Source: Patescibacteria group bacterium
GTDB taxonomy: Bacteria; Patescibacteriota; Patescibacteriia; UM-FILTER-42-10
Assembly (NCBI GenBank): GCA_041666845.1
Contig: JBAYGC010000003.1
Span: forward strand, 25,007-89,006
Direction: 5' to 3'
Length of the DNA stretch: 64,000 nt
This document shows positions 46,862 to 56,703 of the stretch, one piece after another. A program made the position numbers and the translations under genes. Under the pieces are notes generated by a model. The model made no database searches. It was not told the DNA's origin and saw only the letters and a program-made list of their open reading frames with translations. The stretch's first letter is position 1. Each line of letters opens with the position of its first letter.

Positions 46862-47170
46862 TTATTTTTCTTCTACCAGATTAATCTCAATTTCAATCCC
46901 CTTCTGATGTTCAGCAATCCAATTATAGATGAAGGCCATAACAAATCCAGAAACCATCCCCATTACGTACGACATTAAGATAAATCCAAAGAATCCTGCG
47001 ACACCAAAGATCATCCAGGACGAACCGGAATCGATATAACCGAACCCACCGGAAAATAGTAGCATCATTCCAAAATAAGGTACGCTCACAACGATAGAAA
47101 GTGCAACTGTTATCAAGCTGGTCATTCTAGCCAGGGACCAGGGATTAATTTTAGATACTTCGTATTTCAT
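46862..47170 (-). CDS. hypothetical membrane protein (3 TM)
   Basis: 102-aa hydrophobic ORF. Confidence 0.4.
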   Translation of the reverse strand: MKYEVSKINPWSLARMTSLITVALSIVVSVPYFGMMLLFSGGFGYIDSGSSWMIFGVAGFFGFILMSYVMGMVSGFVMAFIYNWIAEHQKGIEIEINLVEEK

Positions 47171-47181
47171 TTGATTTTGGA

Positions 47182-47775
47182 TTATGAATTGTTTCTGTTG
47201 ACTACCCTCTTTTGCATAAATACGGTCAGTGAGGTAAATATTACCACCAAAACACCCAAAATTATGTAGATCGCACTATTCGGGAACTGATAACTGATTA
47301 CGACCATGATTTCGATTAACAAATGGAATAGCATCCAGAACGCAAACACCATATAACCGTACGTAACGACAAACCAATTGGGCTGCCTCTTTTTCACGTT
47401 AAACATATAATACATCAGGAATGTCAGCAGAAATACCGGGATAATGAAGGCGGAATGAATTAACAATTTGTACATGATATAATCCGCTTTCTGGGTTGTC
47501 GGATAGTAAATCTTTGCTTGAGAAAGCCCGGAACGTTCATAGGACAAACTTGCATTATAATAATTCGTGCCGGTTGTACCACTTGAATATTCAGAGACAA
47601 TCGGGTTGGCAGCTTTATTTAAGTCAAAGATTATTCGCTCGCCAAGCAGAATAATTACGATTGCCATAATAATCGTAAATACAACACCTAGGGCAGAAAC
47701 TGATTTTTGCTTTTTCTGCTTAATGTTTGCCGCTTTTGGCTTTGCGGTTTCTTTTAAAATATCTTTTGGAGTCAT
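47182..47775 (-). CDS. hypothetical membrane protein (4-5 TM)
   Basis: 197-aa hydrophobic ORF. Confidence 0.4.
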   Translation of the reverse strand: MTPKDILKETAKPKAANIKQKKQKSVSALGVVFTIIMAIVIILLGERIIFDLNKAANPIVSEYSSGTTGTNYYNASLSYERSGLSQAKIYYPTTQKADYIMYKLLIHSAFIIPVFLLTFLMYYMFNVKKRQPNWFVVTYGYMVFAFWMLFHLLIEIMVVISYQFPNSAIYIILGVLVVIFTSLTVFMQKRVVNRNNS

Positions 47776-47795
47776 ATATTCCCCCGTATGATTAG

Positions 47796-49544
47796 TTAAT
47801 TTTTAAATTTTGATTGATTGTTCAATAAGAATAAAATTAAAAACGTCAGGACTAGACCAATGGCAGTCACAATATAAAATACCACTTTTCGTCCGCTGTC
47901 TTCAGTGCCCGGCGCGTTAACCGGATCATTATTGTCCGCATTTCTGAAAAAAAGATCTTCCGTCATTGCATCATATGCCATTGTACTGCTTAGTTTGGTA
48001 AGGAAATATTTATCCGCGGAAGGATTAATCCAGTAATTACCCTGGTCATTCAAAGCCAGAGCTTCTATTTCTGACTTTTTAATCCAACCCGCGTAGTCCG
48101 TATTAAAGTTTGGCAATTCTTTTTTACTGCTGTCTATAACATAAAGGATAATCGACGCTGTATTGCTGTAATATTGGTCATAAGCCAGATAATCACTGCC
48201 TGCGTAAACTAAATAGTCACCAGATACCTCGTCTGCTAATGATGAATCAAAATGCGCAAGGAACATTGTGCTATTTTCCACTGCTAACGCTTCTCCGGCG
48301 TTCATTTTATTGTAATTATCATTAATCAAATCAACAGAATTGGCAACATTATAGATCGCGAACTCATCAACAATAGAATCAATCGAACGGTTGTCGTATT
48401 CCCCGGAACCGATATATAGATTATCTCCGGAAAAATTACTGATACCAAATTGCTTGGTGCTTTCTGCGGTAAGCGGTACAGATGATCCGTTTAAGTAGAA
48501 AGATGGAAGCTTGTCCTTTTGCCAGGTTAAGGCGACTTGTTGCCAGCTATTTACATCCAGAGCAAAGTTGCCGGAAATCCAGGTATCAGTCGTATAATCC
48601 GCATCATTATATGTTGAAAGAGTATAGTGGTATCCGTCAGCTGTAATATTGGAGTTCAGATCAAAACGGAAAAGAAGGCTATTGCTGTCACCACCCCTAA
48701 CTGTTGCGATGTTTACTGTCTTAGTTTCTTCAGCAGACCAATTTGGTTTGATCCAAGCTTCCAATGTTCCGCCGTTACTGCTGATCGCATTATCTGCGGT
48801 CATAGTTAACTTATCTTCATTTTCTAATAGTACCCCTTCGTTGACAACACCGGCAGTATATTCAACACCGACATTATTTTCCGGACTACTGGTTACTGAA
48901 GAAATCTTCATTGGATAAACTAAATTCTCTGTCTCAAAAGAAATGGCGACCGGCACAGCATGACCGGTTTTCAATTGCTGAATAACACTGTCCGACTGCA
49001 GGCTTTTGGTATCAATCTTCATTGCCACAAAATACCACCCGTTATCAATATAACTGTTCAATATGTAGCTGGCCGATTCCGGGTAGCTATAACCGTTATC
49101 ATTCAGCCATGTCGTAAGTGCATCCTTGTCTGTTGCTGAAATTGTAGTTACTTCATAATACTCAATCTGTTGTGTGTCGATAATCGTCACCTGCTTCTCA
49201 GCATCTGTTCCGCTTAAAGGCATCCCGCCGGACATCATATTATCATCATATCCGTAGTAAATCTGGGTCAGCTGATCCAATGACGTAAACAACTCGTCTG
49301 ATCCTTTAGTAATCGTCGGTTTGGACGGTGTCGGAATTACCCAACCAAAATTGTCCGCATCGCCCTGAAAGGTAATAGACACCACCATTGTTTCCACCCC
49401 ACCGTCATAAAAAATAACTGCTTTTTGGGCAGTTTCTTGAACCCAATAATCAGGCTGTGGCATTACCATACCGTCAGCTGTCGAAAGCTGTGGCAGGAAT
49501 AAGGATAATACGACCAATACATTGAAAATCTTTTTTAGAAACAT
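47796..49544 (-). CDS. secreted protein with concanavalin/LamG-like lectin domain and C-terminal TM anchor
   Basis: Signal peptide; AISSNGGTLEAWIKPNW...LNGSSV resembles LamG-like jelly-roll; C-terminal hydrophobic helix. Confidence 0.35.
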   Translation of the reverse strand: MFLKKIFNVLVVLSLFLPQLSTADGMVMPQPDYWVQETAQKAVIFYDGGVETMVVSITFQGDADNFGWVIPTPSKPTITKGSDELFTSLDQLTQIYYGYDDNMMSGGMPLSGTDAEKQVTIIDTQQIEYYEVTTISATDKDALTTWLNDNGYSYPESASYILNSYIDNGWYFVAMKIDTKSLQSDSVIQQLKTGHAVPVAISFETENLVYPMKISSVTSSPENNVGVEYTAGVVNEGVLLENEDKLTMTADNAISSNGGTLEAWIKPNWSAEETKTVNIATVRGGDSNSLLFRFDLNSNITADGYHYTLSTYNDADYTTDTWISGNFALDVNSWQQVALTWQKDKLPSFYLNGSSVPLTAESTKQFGISNFSGDNLYIGSGEYDNRSIDSIVDEFAIYNVANSVDLINDNYNKMNAGEALAVENSTMFLAHFDSSLADEVSGDYLVYAGSDYLAYDQYYSNTASIILYVIDSSKKELPNFNTDYAGWIKKSEIEALALNDQGNYWINPSADKYFLTKLSSTMAYDAMTEDLFFRNADNNDPVNAPGTEDSGRKVVFYIVTAIGLVLTFLILFLLNNQSKFKN

Positions 49545-49558
49545 ATTTTTGAAATAAA

Positions 49559-49867
49559 TTATTTTTTATTCTTAAATGGCAAAGACTGCTGTTCACCTAA
49601 AAGCTTCATAGTTTCTTTCTTGCCTTTTCTGGTCAGCTGCACTTCTTCAATAAACCATTTCTTCGGCGTTCTCCTACCGTAGCCGATTAACAGACCCTTA
49701 TCAATCAGACGTTCAATGCTTTTTGTCACTATCCCCTGCCGGTCAATTGTCTTGGGGGCGTTTTTTTTCTTTTCATAAAACTTCAAGAGATGTTTGCGCT
49801 TACTTCTCCCCTTGATATTGAGCAAGCTTAGAAGTATATACCTTTGAAGTTGAGATACTCTCATCAA
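49559..49867 (-). CDS. hypothetical basic protein (possible winged-helix)
   Basis: 102 aa, K/R-rich. Confidence 0.3.
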   Translation of the reverse strand: MMRVSQLQRYILLSLLNIKGRSKRKHLLKFYEKKKNAPKTIDRQGIVTKSIERLIDKGLLIGYGRRTPKKWFIEEVQLTRKGKKETMKLLGEQQSLPFKNKK

Positions 49868-51268
49868 TCACTTTTTTAAATTCAATTTAATATGCAGGTC
49901 ATCCAACTGCTGTTCACTGACCGCTGATGGTGAGTTCATGAGCAGGTCACGATTATCACCTGTTTTCGGAAATGCTACTACCTCCCGGACATTGGTCCGG
50001 TTAAGTAGAATCATCAACAGCCGGTCAATACCCGGAGCAATTCCGCCGTGTGGAGGTACACCGTACTGAAAAGCTTCTAATAGATGCCCGAATTGTTCGT
50101 GAGCTTCTGCATTGGAAATTCCAACTAATTCCAGAATTTTTTCCTGTATTTTATGGTCATAAATCCTCAAACTGCCACCGCCGACTTCATATCCGTTTAG
50201 AACCAAATCATGCTGCCAGGAACGCGCTTTCAGCGGTTCATACTCCAGTAATGGTAAATCTTCTGTCCGCGGTGCGGTAAAAATATGATGAAACGGTACA
50301 TGCTTTCCGTCTTTCAGCTCCGGTTCAAAATACGGCCAGTCGACAATAAAGCAAAACGCCAGCTCGTTTGGATCATTTTTATTTGTTCTAATGTCCGGCT
50401 TATCGTTTCCGTATTTTTCCATTGCTTCTTTATAAGTAATGCGCGGCCATGGAGAAAAGGTAATCTTTTTTTCCGGAAACAATTCCGTAACCAGCTTAGT
50501 AAACATTCTTTCCGTCAGATTCAGTATCTCATCCTGACTCATAAAAGACATTTCCATATCCAGCTGGTAAAACTGGTCTGGGGCGCGGTCGGAACGTGAA
50601 TCTTCATCACGAAAACACGGAGCAATTTGGAAATACTTTTCAAATCCGGCCACCATTAGTAATTGCTTGTATTGTTGTGGCGATTGCGGTAGAGCGTAAA
50701 ACTTGCCCGGATACACTCTGGAAGGAACCAGATAATCCCTAGCACCTTCAGGAGTAGATTTACCCATAATCGGCGTTTCTATTTCGATAAACCCTTCTGT
50801 ATGCAAGAAATCCCTGATATATTTATTGAATTTGGAACGCATAATCACCATCTTTTTGTTTGAATCTCTGCGCAGATCCAAGTATCGGTATTTATAACGA
50901 ATTTCCTCCGCCACTTCCTCTTTATCATTTTCCACTATTTCAAACGGAGGGGTCTTTGATTCGGTAAGAATATTTAATTCCAACGCTTCTATCTCAACTT
51001 TGCCGGTCGGCATATTTTTGTTGACCAGTTTCTCCGGTCGCTCATTAACCTGTCCGATTATTTCCACCACAAATTCCGGTCGAAGCTCTTTCGCCTTATC
51101 CACTAATTCATCATTGCCCGGCAGAAAAACCACCTGTACGATTCCTGATACGTCGCGCAAATCAACAAAGACCATTTTACCCATGCGGCGCGCCGATTGA
51201 ACCCAGCCGTTAAGTTTTACTTTCTTGCCGATATGACCAGCAGTTTCCACGGTTAAAATGCGTTTCAT
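49868..51268 (-). CDS. aspS: aspartyl-tRNA synthetase, short archaeal/eukaryal-type (no GAD insertion domain)
   Basis: N-terminal OB fold; class II motif 2 FRDEDSRSDRAPDQFYQLDME (FRDEDLRADRQPEFTQ-like) and motif 3 GGGSLRIY..HGGIAPGIDRLLM; only 466 aa. Confidence 0.75.
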   Translation of the reverse strand: MKRILTVETAGHIGKKVKLNGWVQSARRMGKMVFVDLRDVSGIVQVVFLPGNDELVDKAKELRPEFVVEIIGQVNERPEKLVNKNMPTGKVEIEALELNILTESKTPPFEIVENDKEEVAEEIRYKYRYLDLRRDSNKKMVIMRSKFNKYIRDFLHTEGFIEIETPIMGKSTPEGARDYLVPSRVYPGKFYALPQSPQQYKQLLMVAGFEKYFQIAPCFRDEDSRSDRAPDQFYQLDMEMSFMSQDEILNLTERMFTKLVTELFPEKKITFSPWPRITYKEAMEKYGNDKPDIRTNKNDPNELAFCFIVDWPYFEPELKDGKHVPFHHIFTAPRTEDLPLLEYEPLKARSWQHDLVLNGYEVGGGSLRIYDHKIQEKILELVGISNAEAHEQFGHLLEAFQYGVPPHGGIAPGIDRLLMILLNRTNVREVVAFPKTGDNRDLLMNSPSAVSEQQLDDLHIKLNLKK

Positions 51269-51271
51269 ATG

Positions 51272-52564
51272 CTATGGTTTTAATCTATTTAATAATCTCG
51301 GAAAAGGAATAGTTTCACGAACATGGTCCAGTCCGCAGATCCAGGCGACAGTCCGTTCCAGACCGATGCCGAAACCGGCGTGCGGTACGGAACCGAAGCG
51401 GCGCAGATCTACATACCATTCGAAATCTTTTTGAGACAGTTTATGTTCCTTTATTCTTTGTTCCAACAATTCGAGATCCCAGATTCTTTCCGACCCGCCG
51501 ATAATCTCACCGTACCCTTCAGGAGCCAACATATCGTCACACAATACTACATTTGGATCTTCCGGATCCGGTTGCATATAAAAAGCTTTGATCTTGGTCG
51601 GATAATGAGTGACAAACACCGGCATATCAAATTGTTTCATCAGCATCGTTTCATCATCCGCTCCCAAGTCCTCCCCCGCTTTGATGTCTGAACCCAATTC
51701 CTGCAATTTTTTCACCACCTCCGAATAACGCATCCGGGGGAAAGGCGCTTTAACTTTTTCCAGGAATTTTGTATCTCTCTCCAAAAGTGCCAGTTCAGTT
51801 TGCATGGATTTTAGAATATTGGATACCACGTAGGAAACCAATTTTTCCTGTACATTCAAATTTTCTTCGTGTTGCATAAAAGCGACCTCGGCATCCAACA
51901 TCCAGAATTCCATCATGTGCCTCCGGGTTTTGGATTTTTCCGCGCGGAATGTCGGTCCAAAATCATAAACCTTTCCCAGCGACATCGCCATCGCTTCCAA
52001 ATAAAGCTGACCGGATTGAGAAAGATATGCCGTCTCTTCAAAATACTGGGTTGAAAACAGAGTAGTAGTCCCTTCACATGCGGTAGGCGTCAGAATCGGG
52101 CTGTCGGTCAGGGTAAATCCTTCATTTCTGAAAAATTCCCGCATCAACCAGATTATTTCATTACGCACCTTCATGATTGCTACCTGCCTTTCGGATCTCA
52201 GCCACAGATGGCGATTATCCAGAAGAAAATCAACCCCGTGTTCTTTCTTGGAAATTGGGTATTCCAGAGCCACTTGCAGTACCTTAATGTCTTTCACCTG
52301 CATTTCGTAGCCGTATGGTGAACGTTTATCTTCATTAACCACCCCGGTAACCACCACACTTGATTCCATTGTCAGCTTTTCACAGGCTACCCAAGCTTCT
52401 TCCGAAACCTCATTTTTACTGATAACCGCCTGAATCCGGCCGGTTCCGTCTCTTAACTGCAAAAAGAATATCTTGCCGGATGAGCGAAAATTAAAAACCC
52501 AGGACTGTAGTTGCACGTCCTGACCCAGATACTTTGAAACTTCCGATATACTGATTTTTTTCAT
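51272..52564 (-). CDS. asnS: asparaginyl-tRNA synthetase
   Basis: Motif 2 [24 protein letters not shown] (AsnRS-specific FRAE.S.T.RH) and motif 3 [16 protein letters not shown]. Start at ATG 52564 (MKKISIS); the ORF-track start at 52585 corresponds to a GTG. Confidence 0.85.
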   Translation of the reverse strand: MKKISISEVSKYLGQDVQLQSWVFNFRSSGKIFFLQLRDGTGRIQAVISKNEVSEEAWVACEKLTMESSVVVTGVVNEDKRSPYGYEMQVKDIKVLQVALEYPISKKEHGVDFLLDNRHLWLRSERQVAIMKVRNEIIWLMREFFRNEGFTLTDSPILTPTACEGTTTLFSTQYFEETAYLSQSGQLYLEAMAMSLGKVYDFGPTFRAEKSKTRRHMMEFWMLDAEVAFMQHEENLNVQEKLVSYVVSNILKSMQTELALLERDTKFLEKVKAPFPRMRYSEVVKKLQELGSDIKAGEDLGADDETMLMKQFDMPVFVTHYPTKIKAFYMQPDPEDPNVVLCDDMLAPEGYGEIIGGSERIWDLELLEQRIKEHKLSQKDFEWYVDLRRFGSVPHAGFGIGLERTVAWICGLDHVRETIPFPRLLNRLKP

Positions 52565-52656
52565 CCCGTTAGAAATTATTGCCACAATATTTCTGAAATT
52601 TTTCCCCTTTTCTCCCCTTAAATATATCCCGTTTTTGCTTTTTAATTTCTAACGGG
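52565..52656 (-). promoter_or_regulatory. 5' leader of asnS with inverted repeat CCCGTTAGAAATT (52644-52656, minus orientation) ... AATTTCTAACGGG (52565-52577) ending at the ATG
   Basis: Identical half-sites and geometry to the mltG leader (5602-5678). Confidence 0.45.
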
Positions 52657-52758
52657 ATCCATAATTCAGCCCCTACTATAGCATTTTTATTGGACAATTG
52701 CAAACATCTTAATAACAAAATACGGGCCGATCATCCCGTATTGTAGAATCCTGATGAT

Positions 52759-53343
52759 TTACGAATTATTACTCCTTTTTACCACCCTATTTCCTACCAA
52801 AACAACTATTAAAGCGCCCAAGAAATCGTAGGTCAAATCTGATGATGTATCATACCTTGCCCCCACTCTCTGCATTTCAAATATTAAATCTCCAAAATAT
52901 TCTGTTAATTCATACAACACTGTCACAAGTACTGCCACAGAAACAACATAGGTTTGAAAATGGAAATTCGACAGATTAATTATTCTCCTTTCTCTCAGAA
53001 TTATAAAGATGTTGTAAACCAATACTGCGACCGCCAATGAACCAAAAAAATGCGCTAAATCATCCCACCAGGCAAATTTTGTATATAGATACATGAAATT
53101 ACCGACAGCGTCTAACCACACACTCGAAGCAATTACAAAAATTACAAACCACGGCAAGGTAGTCTGGTACTTTTTCTTAATATAATTGTTTACAACCAGA
53201 TATGCACCGCCGGCAATAATTGCGGTAAGCGACAATGCGATTCTACGATCAAAAGCATCATAGTCAATAATTAATTCAATGCCGACTAAAATAACAATAC
53301 TTAAGAGTAAAATATTAACCAGTACTTTGTTACTTGATTTCAT
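52759..53343 (-). CDS. hypothetical membrane protein (5 TM)
   Basis: 194-aa hydrophobic ORF. Confidence 0.4.
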   Translation of the reverse strand: MKSSNKVLVNILLLSIVILVGIELIIDYDAFDRRIALSLTAIIAGGAYLVVNNYIKKKYQTTLPWFVIFVIASSVWLDAVGNFMYLYTKFAWWDDLAHFFGSLAVAVLVYNIFIILRERRIINLSNFHFQTYVVSVAVLVTVLYELTEYFGDLIFEMQRVGARYDTSSDLTYDFLGALIVVLVGNRVVKRSNNS

Positions 53344-53352
53344 ATTGTGTTA

Positions 53353-54009
53353 TTAGTCAATCTGCTCTTGGAGTAAATCAATCCCCTGCTGCACACTATT
53401 CTTTGCCTTTGCTTTTATAGTATTTTTTGTAGACTCAAAACTGTCCTGTGATGTTTTCTTTGCCTGTTCAATAATCGCCTTCGCTTCATCCGGGATACTG
53501 TTTGATATCTGACCAAATGTAATCTGGTGTTTTACTCTATTCTCCTCCAACAAGCGGTATATACTTTCCAGATCCTTGCCCTTTGCCTTTGCTTTTTCAA
53601 TATAAGTGTTTGCTTTTACCATCTGCTCATTAAACCGGTCAGTCGTTTCACCGATGACTTCTGTTTTTTGCTTTTGGGCCAGTACCTCTATTTCTTCCAA
53701 TCTGCGGTTGGCCAGCATAATCCGGTATTCCGCTTTTTTTACCACATCAATCATAAACCATCCGCGTGCTGTTTCCCACCATGTTTTCAGAAAATACAGC
53801 GGGCTGGAAGGAACCCATTTAAGATCCGGCAGGTCAATTTCCACATTTACAATCGTTACATCATTATTGGCAATATTAGTATTGGTAATGGTCTCGGGGA
53901 CAGTAATCACTTCCTCATTAGTATTATCAGACACAGGACGCAACATTGGCTCTGCCAGTACTGAAACAGGCACCAATAGAATAATTAATGATATTATTAT
54001 TATTTTCAT
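53353..54009 (-). CDS. secreted hypothetical coiled-coil protein
   Basis: Signal peptide; K/E/A-rich heptad-like C-terminal half. Confidence 0.35.
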   Translation of the reverse strand: MKIIIISLIILLVPVSVLAEPMLRPVSDNTNEEVITVPETITNTNIANNDVTIVNVEIDLPDLKWVPSSPLYFLKTWWETARGWFMIDVVKKAEYRIMLANRRLEEIEVLAQKQKTEVIGETTDRFNEQMVKANTYIEKAKAKGKDLESIYRLLEENRVKHQITFGQISNSIPDEAKAIIEQAKKTSQDSFESTKNTIKAKAKNSVQQGIDLLQEQID

Positions 54010-54062
54010 ATACTTTTCAGCATTAACTGAATTAAGTATATCAGATATATGTGAAAATAAAA

Positions 54063-54090
54063 AAACCGCCGGATATGGCGGTTTTAATGG
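54063..54090 (-). terminator. rho-independent terminator (AAAAACCGCCggatatGGCGGTTTT), bidirectional-looking
   Basis: Hairpin flanked by A- and T-runs, downstream of 54109..54462. Confidence 0.6.
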
Positions 54091-54108
54091 TTGAATAGTA
54101 ATGTCCCC

Positions 54109-54462
54109 TTACAATTTACTCTCAATTCTTGTTACAGCTTCATTTATTTGATCAGCCATTTGTGGATCAATAATATCTTGTATTGCCTCGAATAATTCTT
54201 TGAATGCGTCTATCTTCCCCCGATCAAACTCCTTTCCTTCATCAATTCCACGCTCACACATATTCAGATAATGTAATAAATTCCTTAAGTTACCATCAAA
54301 AGACTGACTCTCTGGATCCTCTGAAGTCAGAATTGTTATTGCATCATCAATATCATTATTAGGACTGTCCGATCCAACACGATTATCATATTCTCCATCA
54401 GGATCTAATTCTTGAGATTCCATTCCTTCTCCTGGTTGTGACATTTCTCGTTCACCTGCCAT
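54109..54462 (-). CDS. small highly acidic protein (paralog 1)
   Basis: 117 aa, about 30% D/E; pattern DIDDAI..LT.E.....L..L..C..GI..GKEFD..KIDAFKELFEAIQDIIDPQMADQINEAVTRIESK shared with 54594..54905. Confidence 0.45.
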   Translation of the reverse strand: MAGEREMSQPGEGMESQELDPDGEYDNRVGSDSPNNDIDDAITILTSEDPESQSFDGNLRNLLHYLNMCERGIDEGKEFDRGKIDAFKELFEAIQDIIDPQMADQINEAVTRIESKL

Positions 54463-54556
54463 AAAATTTGTAGTTAATTTTTATATAAACCAACTTGATA
54501 AGATTTTATCATAAATTCACTGATTTGTCAATTTAGTTAGTACGATTAAAAATAAA

Positions 54557-54585
54557 AGCCGCCAAATATGGCGGCCTTTTCTAAT
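54557..54585 (-). terminator. rho-independent terminator (AAAAGCCGCCaaatatGGCGGCCTTTTCT), paralogous to 54063-54090
   Basis: Same stem-loop consensus CCGCC-(g/a)(g/a)ATAT-GGCGG. Confidence 0.6.
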
Positions 54586-54593
54586 AAATTTTT

Positions 54594-54905
54594 CTATTCT
54601 CCGATATTCATTTTACTGTCTATTCTTCCTAGTATTTCATCAAATGCTCCGAGTGTTTCCGCGTCCAAATCATCCCTCACTTCATCCAAAGCTTGTCTGA
54701 ATTCACTTAGTTTTTCCGGATCGAGCTCGTTTCCACCCGAAATCTGAGCATCGCATATCTGCAAACAACTGACTGCTTCATCATAATTACCCTCGTCCGT
54801 TAAAGCCTCAATTGCCCTGTCAATATCTCTGTTTGGATCAGATACTTCGAATTGCACATCATCCATTTGCCCATCCAAATCTGGCATTGTTGGTTCACCC
54901 ATCAT
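54594..54905 (-). CDS. small highly acidic protein (paralog 2)
   Basis: DIDRAIEALTDEGNYDEAVSCLQICDAQISGGNELDPEKLSEFRQALDEVRDDLDAETLGAFDEILGRIDSK. Start set to MMGEPT (54905), because the ORF-track extension to 55013 runs through tRNA-Lys. Confidence 0.45.
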   Translation of the reverse strand: MMGEPTMPDLDGQMDDVQFEVSDPNRDIDRAIEALTDEGNYDEAVSCLQICDAQISGGNELDPEKLSEFRQALDEVRDDLDAETLGAFDEILGRIDSKMNIGE

Positions 54906-54952
54906 AATTTTATGATCAATGATTAATACTGTCGATGCACGAATATACAATG

Positions 54953-55028
54953 TGGTGCGCCGTGAGGGATTCGGACCCCCGACCATCAGCTTAAAAGGCT
55001 GCTGCTCTACCAACTGAGCTAACGGCGC
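54953..55028 (-). tRNA. tRNA-Lys (anticodon UUU), CCA encoded
   Basis: GCGCCGT-TA-GCTC-AGTTGGTA-GAGC-A-GCAGC-CTTTTAA-GCTGA-..GGGGG-TCCGAAT-CCCTC-ACGGCGC-A-CCA; 76 nt. Confidence 0.85.
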
Positions 55029-55079
55029 ATGTTCTTATTTAATCAGATTTTTAATGAATTTAATCCGTCAGCGGAATCA

Positions 55080-55139
55080 CCAACTGCCTGTCCGCCATAG
55101 CATCACTGTAAGCGATGCGTAGGAGGAAGCTAACGGCGC
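55080..55139 (-). other. partial duplicate of tRNA-Lys nt 1-12 + 41-nt insert + CAGTTGG, ~50 nt upstream of intact tRNA-Lys
   Basis: Minus-strand reading: GCGCCGTTAGCT-[tcctcctacgcatcgcttacagtgatgctatggcggacagg]-CAGTTGGTG. The insert ends ..TGGCGGACAGG, as in the tRNA-Pro copy (..TGGCGGACGGG). Confidence 0.5.
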
Positions 55140-55284
55140 ATGAATAACTACCTGATATTAGCAAAAAGCGCTTTAAAAAGCAAGGCTTATGGGGTAGGTT
55201 AACAAAAAGTGGAAAAAATGTAGAAAAAGAGGCTTGTTTATGGCAGGTTATAGTGATAAGATGATATAGCTAAATCAAATAAAT

Positions 55285-56700
55285 ATGGCTAAACAAAACA
55301 CAGAATTAACCGAAAAAATACCCCCTCAAAACCTTGAGGCGGAAAAGGCAGTATTAGGCTCCATGCTGATCGACAAAGATGCAATTATTAAGATTGCCGA
55401 CATTATTAACCCGGATGATTTCTATCAGGACAGCCATCGCCTCATATTTGAAACCATGCTGGAACTCTATAACCAGCGCGAACCAATCGATATATTAAAC
55501 CTTGCCAACCGGCTTAACGAACGAAAGCTCCTGGAATCAATCGGTGGTAGAGCAAGTCTGATGAATCTGGCAAATGCCGTACCGACTGCCAGTAATGTGG
55601 TAAATTATGCCAACATTGTACAAAAAAAAGCCACATTAAGAAGGTTGATCCAAACCGCCTCTGAAATAACCAGCATGGGCTATCAGGAAACGGAAGATGT
55701 CAGCCATGTTTTGGATAAAGCCGAGCAGTCTTTATTCAAAGTATCACAAAAACATTTGCGCACTAATTTCGTTCCGATCCGCAGCGCCTTAACCGAAGCA
55801 TTTGACCGGATTGACGAACTGCACCGGGAAGGCGGAAAGTTAAGAGGAGTGCCGACCGGGTTTACCCAATTGGATAATAAGCTGGCCGGACTACAGAAAT
55901 CTGATTTGATAATTATTGCCGCCAGACCGAGCGTCGGTAAGACTTCCCTAGCGCTGGATATTGCTAGACAGGTTGCCACAAAAGCAAAAGTTGCCGTCGG
56001 CGTATTCAGCTTGGAAATGAGTAAAGAACAGTTGGTAGACCGCATGCTCTGCGCCGAAGCCAATGTTGATTTATGGAAAATGCGCACCGGTAATCTTTCT
56101 GACCGCGAAGAAGATGACGACTTTCCCCGCATCGGCAATGCAATGGGTATTCTTTCGGAAGCGCCGATTTTCATAGATGACTCGGCGACCGCCAATGTAA
56201 TGGAAATCCGAACTAAGGCCCGCCGCCTGCAATCAGAACATAATCTGGGATTACTGGTAATCGACTATTTACAGCTGATGGAGGGTACGTCAAAAACAGA
56301 AAACAGAGTTCAGGAAATATCGGAAATAACCCGTGCGCTCAAAGCAATTGCCCGCGAACTGAATATCCCGGTTATTGCGCTATCACAGCTTTCCCGTGCG
56401 GCAGAAATGCAGTCCGGCGCATCAATCCCCCGCCTTGCTCATCTCAGAGAGTCCGGATCAATCGAACAGGACGCGGATGTGGTTATGTTTATTTACCGCG
56501 AGGTCATGGATAAAAATTCCGGCGTAGATGTGGAAGAAGACCGTAAGAATATTGCACAGGTAATTATCGCTAAACATCGTAACGGCCCGACCGGCGTGAT
56601 TGAGCTGTATTTTGAGGAAGAAAAAGCCAGCTTCAGAAATCTGGATAAAACATTTGATAAAAATGAAGCATTACCCGAAGAAGAAAAAGCACCTTTTTAA
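55285..56700 (+). CDS. dnaB: replicative DNA helicase DnaB
   Basis: Walker A (ARPSVGKTSLAL), Walker B (LLVIDYLQLM), DnaB N-terminal domain; 471 aa, no intein. Confidence 0.9.
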   Translation: MAKQNTELTEKIPPQNLEAEKAVLGSMLIDKDAIIKIADIINPDDFYQDSHRLIFETMLELYNQREPIDILNLANRLNERKLLESIGGRASLMNLANAVPTASNVVNYANIVQKKATLRRLIQTASEITSMGYQETEDVSHVLDKAEQSLFKVSQKHLRTNFVPIRSALTEAFDRIDELHREGGKLRGVPTGFTQLDNKLAGLQKSDLIIIAARPSVGKTSLALDIARQVATKAKVAVGVFSLEMSKEQLVDRMLCAEANVDLWKMRTGNLSDREEDDDFPRIGNAMGILSEAPIFIDDSATANVMEIRTKARRLQSEHNLGLLVIDYLQLMEGTSKTENRVQEISEITRALKAIARELNIPVIALSQLSRAAEMQSGASIPRLAHLRESGSIEQDADVVMFIYREVMDKNSGVDVEEDRKNIAQVIIAKHRNGPTGVIELYFEEEKASFRNLDKTFDKNEALPEEEKAPF

Positions 56701-56703
56701 TCA

